Source: Asterias rubens (taxonomy: Eukaryota). Taken from it: 64,000 nucleotides of DNA. Shown piece by piece: positions 62,401-64,000 of this stretch. The notes under the pieces were generated by a model. It was not told the origin of the DNA. It made no database searches and worked only from the letters and a program-made list of their open reading frames with translations. Position 1 is the first letter of the stretch. Each line of letters opens with the position of its first letter. The translations under genes and the position numbers were made by a program. The stretch covers positions 3,596,001 to 3,660,000 of the forward strand of contig NC_047062.1 of assembly GCF_902459465.1 (NCBI RefSeq), in the 5' to 3' direction.

Positions 62401-63420
62401 GATCCTGCGGATTATGCAGTGGGTGGTATCAGCAGCGTGTACCCAGATTCCTGGTGGCTCCCTGGGTATGGGGTACAGCGGGGTTCCTTGTATATCACAG
62501 GGGTAGGAGGAGACCCCCTCACCCCAGGGTATCCATCTTTAGGTAAGGTTGTACCCAGATTCCTGGTGGCTCCCTGGGTATGGGGTACAACGGGGTTCCT
62601 TGTATATCACAGGGGTAGGAGGAGACCCCCTCACCCCAGGGTATCCATCTTTAGGTAAGGTTGTACCCAGATTCCTGGTGGCTCCCTGGGTATGGGGTAC
62701 AACGGGGTTCCTTGTATATCACAGGGGTAGGAGGAGACCCCCTAACCCCAGGGTATCCATCTTTAGGTAAGGTTGTACCTGGATTCCTTGTGGCTCCCTG
62801 GGTATGCTATAAAACGGGGTTCCTTGTATATCACAGGGGTAGGAGGTGACCCCCTCACCCCAGGGTACCCATCATTAGGTAAGGTTGTACCCAGATTCCT
62901 GGTGGCTCCCTGGGTATGGGGTACAGCGGGGTTCCTTGTATATACCTTTGCATTTAAGAGCTCATCTGTAGATGACAGAGGGCCCAATCAGTAGACGACA
63001 GACGGCACTGTTGAGATCACTGTTATTTGTCCACACTGTCAATTATGGACCCTTTCTAAACCTTGGTCTTGGCTCCGTGAGTTACATGGACTTTGACCTT
63101 TCTATGCTACACCTGGTGAGGGTTGCAAGGGGCTGGGACCATACCAGAAACACCCAGGCAACCTCCTTCTCTAAGCGTTAAGTGCACTAGGTTCTTTTTG
63201 TGCATTACACAACACACTGGACCTACCACTTCCAATCTAAAATGATGAGGTTTGACCATCATATTAGGAGAGACAACATTTTGTGATTGGTATTTTGAAT
63301 TCTTTGATTGATTATTTCTCTCATTGTAGATGGTGCGTTCAGAGAGGAAGAATCCTCAGTTGGTCTTCCTGAGATTCCTGTACAGCCCATCGGATATGAC
63401 GATGCTAAGATCATTCTTGG
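50076..63420 (+). CDS. FOLH1: Glutamate carboxypeptidase II / NAALADase-like (M28B) type II membrane peptidase, 5' partial: join(50076..50479,52200..52356,60682..60813,61382..61507,62353..62542,63330..63420)
   Basis: Single TM helix followed by PSMA-like motifs: [85 protein letters not shown]. All introns are GT-AG with consistent phases (2,0,0,0,1). Zn-binding catalytic residues lie beyond the window. Could equally be co-orthologous to NAALAD2/NAALADL1. Confidence 0.93.
51239..51417. mobile_element. MITE family C-related
   Basis: CAGGCCTGTATGCTTC ... GAAGTATCAGGCCTG termini with repeated AAGGGCAC. Confidence 0.7.
52200..52356 (+). CDS. FOLH1: FOLH1-like coding exon 2
   Basis: ttttctccag|A TTA TTT ACC ... 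[21 protein letters not shown]|gtgagt. Confidence 0.93.
52765..53160 (-). mobile_element. MITE family C copy containing an expanded minisatellite
   Basis: CAGGCATGCAATT ... AATTCCAGGCCTG; reverse complement of 23467-23631. Confidence 0.75.
52857..53147. repeat. Minisatellite, 26-bp unit x about 11
   Basis: GAGGAAAATGGCATTGCCCTTTTATA with rare variants. Confidence 0.97.
54977..55441. repeat. Degenerate repeat, 4 copies of an about 60-bp core
   Basis: CACTGGTTCCAGTTGAATGAGCTAAAACAAT..CATAACTCCT at about 54977, 55115, 55204 and 55389. Confidence 0.75.
55590..56273 (-). mobile_element. Two tandem family A (A2) MITEs
   Basis: AAAGACACTGGACACG at 55591; first copy ends GTGTCCAGTGT at 55925, then AATTGTCAAAGACCAG restarts the body. 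Confidence 0.8.
56275..56603 (+). mobile_element. Kolobok-like MITE family B
   Basis: TTAAAGCCATTGGACAC ... GTGTCCAATGGGTTTAA. Confidence 0.8.
57120..57249. mobile_element. Short fold-back MITE
   Basis: ACAATTGTTGCACGCTGTGAC..CCATGG ... CCATGG..GTCACAGCGTGCAGCAACAATTGT. Confidence 0.7.
57289..57651 (-). mobile_element. Kolobok-like MITE family A (A1)
   Basis: TTAAGACACTTGACACTATTGG ... CCAATAGTGTTCACTGC. Confidence 0.8.
57862..57972. mobile_element. Short fold-back MITE
   Basis: GGGAATAAAAGGGTAGTGAC..GTTCTT ... AAGAAC..GTCACTACTCTTTTATTCCC. Confidence 0.65.
58012..59775 (-). mobile_element. 5'-truncated non-LTR retrotransposon, L2/CR1 group
   Basis: RT ORF plus about 180-bp 3' UTR ending in an (ATT)n tail (plus-strand AATAATAAT at 58012-58038). 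No endonuclease domain and no TSD seen. Confidence 0.88.
58218..59756 (-). CDS. LINE ORF2 reverse transcriptase (partial, 512 aa, uninterrupted)
   Basis: [59 protein letters not shown] and RLWNKLP motifs, typical of the L2/CR1 group. Confidence 0.93.
   Translation of the reverse strand: MSPSKSCELDPIPTHLLKRCINVLAPLITTIVNKSFEQGNFPDSLKTAYICPLIKKSGLDIETFSNYRPVANLKFVGKTIERIVASRLNTVISDSGLADKFQSAYRSKHSTESALLRVQNDILCAMDEGHVTALILLDLSAAFDTVDHTILLKRLRDIIGLQGNALKWCQSYLQNRPQHVRIGNSTSDPVVHDFSAPQGSVLGPLWFTVYTYPVHSIILKHKLNYHVYADDTQLYFSFKPSKHFADESISRIETCVGEIRVWMQDNFLKLNDNKTKFMILGSRQQLSKVTIPHINIGDSEVTAVTKARNLGVIFDSSMTLNSHISSIARSTTFHIHNIGKVRKYLTQKATEQIVHSVVVSRLDMCNSLLYGLPNTQIERLQRIQNYAARVITLNKKSCHITPILKELHWLPVSSRVKYKLLLFVYKSLANNAPAYIDDLLKPYNPPRKLRSYNSSLLIEPISNHSWGDRSFSHAAPRLWNKLPALVKSSVSLTQFKKNLKTHLFNQIFEKMV
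59810..59942. mobile_element. Degenerate MITE related to 2976-3174
   Basis: TTTGACGTG..TACGCGCGCG at left, CAAAAGGCTTAT at right. Confidence 0.5.
60370..60530 (+). repeat. Interspersed repeat (SINE-like), second copy at 63500-63680
   Basis: Shared GATACCCA.GCCTACAT..AAG.GG.TAACCCTGTTTCAGCCCTAGGAGTAGGTGGCAA. Confidence 0.65.
60682..60813 (+). CDS. FOLH1: FOLH1-like coding exon 3
   Basis: catttgtag|GTG ACA GTG ... [15 protein letters not shown]|gtaggt. Confidence 0.92.
60903..61318. repeat. Degenerate pyrimidine-rich tandem repeat (about 40-bp period)
   Basis: Recurrent TTTTCA(T)TTTCAAA(C)TGTTTAC.TTT.CACCTC, filling FOLH1-like intron 3. Confidence 0.75.
61382..61507 (+). CDS. FOLH1: FOLH1-like coding exon 4 (PA/apical domain)
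   Basis: ccgttacag|AAT GAA CTG ... [25 protein letters not shown]|gtgact. Missed by the ORF track. Confidence 0.94.
62353..62542 (+). CDS. FOLH1: FOLH1-like coding exon 5
   Basis: atttacag|GTG AAG CAA ... [20 protein letters not shown]|gtaagg. Confidence 0.93.
62439..62944 (+). repeat. 112-bp tandem repeat x4.5 made of the exon 3' half plus the 5' splice site
   Basis: Units start at 62439, 62551, 62663, 62775 and 62887 (partial). Each full unit ends TTAG|GTAAGGTT. Confidence 0.97.
63330..63420 (+). CDS. FOLH1: FOLH1-like coding exon 6
   Basis: tcattgtag|AT GGT GCG ... [21 protein letters not shown]|gtaag. Confidence 0.92.
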
Positions 63421-63499
63421 GTAAGATTAGGAAGGGTTTGACATTTGGTTGTTGATATGAGGTGTGGTGTCTTCTCCGGTGGCGACACCCAGTGAATTA

Positions 63500-63680
63500 A
63501 AAGGCAGTGCATTCTCCTCTACCAGCCAGGCTCCTAGTGGATGATACCCATGCCTACATCCTTGCAGACTGTGAAGAGGGTAACCCTGTTTCAGCCCTAG
63601 GAGTAGGTGGCAACATGACAGTTGAGCTGGTTTGACAGCCAAAATTAGCTAAGTCTAGCCCTCACTTTGAAGTTGGTGTC
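63500..63680 (+). repeat. Interspersed repeat (SINE-like), copy of 60370-60530
   Basis: Shared core TAACCCTGTTTCAGCCCTAGGAGTAGGTGGCAA. Confidence 0.6.
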
Positions 63681-64000
63681 CAGCCTTATGGGCTGTGCGA
63701 TGTATCATAAAAAGAATGTGTTTGAATAGGGGCCGATTTCACAAAGAGTTGAGATTGATCTTATAGATGGATTGCACATGACGACATACGCCACCAAAAG
63801 AGCTGTAGCTGTTTTACAGAACACTCTCCAAAAAGAGATTTTAATATGTTTGCCCAATAGGTATTTTCTGAGAGCAAAACTCAAAATTCTTGAATGTGTA
63901 ATAGCAAACCAATCCCATCAGACCGACAGGTTCTGCAGTTGATGCATGCCCTTCAAGTTTGCCGGATAACTGTTTCCTAAGAAGGAGCAAGCCCTCGACA

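Noticed and set aside
16054-62944. CRISPR-like arrays (37-, 81-, 26- and 112-bp periodicities)
   Set aside because: Units are contiguous with no unique spacers, there are no cas genes, and the context is eukaryotic.
62549-62994. Separate genes for ORFs 62549, 62661, 62773 and 62763
   Set aside because: They come from the 112-bp repeat and have GTG starts; treated under the micro-exon finding.

Overview
This is AT-rich, repeat-dense eukaryotic genomic DNA. The dominant TTAA-flanked MITE resembles one I associate with sea stars (an echinoderm/invertebrate deuterostome); that assignment is from recollection and is unverified. Two host genes are well supported. (1) A complete 3-exon, 500-aa CYP2-clan cytochrome P450 on the minus strand, join(30614..30962, 24828..25802, 24106..24284). 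(2) The 5' part (6 coding exons, about 366 aa) of a glutamate carboxypeptidase II / FOLH1-NAALAD2-like type II membrane M28 peptidase on the plus strand, 50076..63420, continuing beyond the window. FOLH1-like intron 2 holds a 5'-truncated L2/CR1-group LINE with an uninterrupted 512-aa RT ORF. The rest is about 16 copies of a Kolobok-like MITE family, other MITEs (often nested), tRNA-derived SINE-like elements, minisatellites and one 222-N gap. No prokaryotic systems or CRISPR arrays are present. The best lead is a 112-bp tandem amplification across a FOLH1-like exon/intron junction that builds three potential in-frame 42-nt cassette micro-exons separated by 70-nt GT-AG introns; all four substitutions inside the cassettes are synonymous. 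Other leads are a cluster of tiny fold-back elements, two with perfect 9-bp target-site duplications, next to a putative first exon; a minisatellite born inside a MITE; hammerhead-like Penelope remnants; and exon-like relics on the minus strand at 1-21 kb. All coordinates were counted by hand, so repeat boundaries are good to within a few bp.
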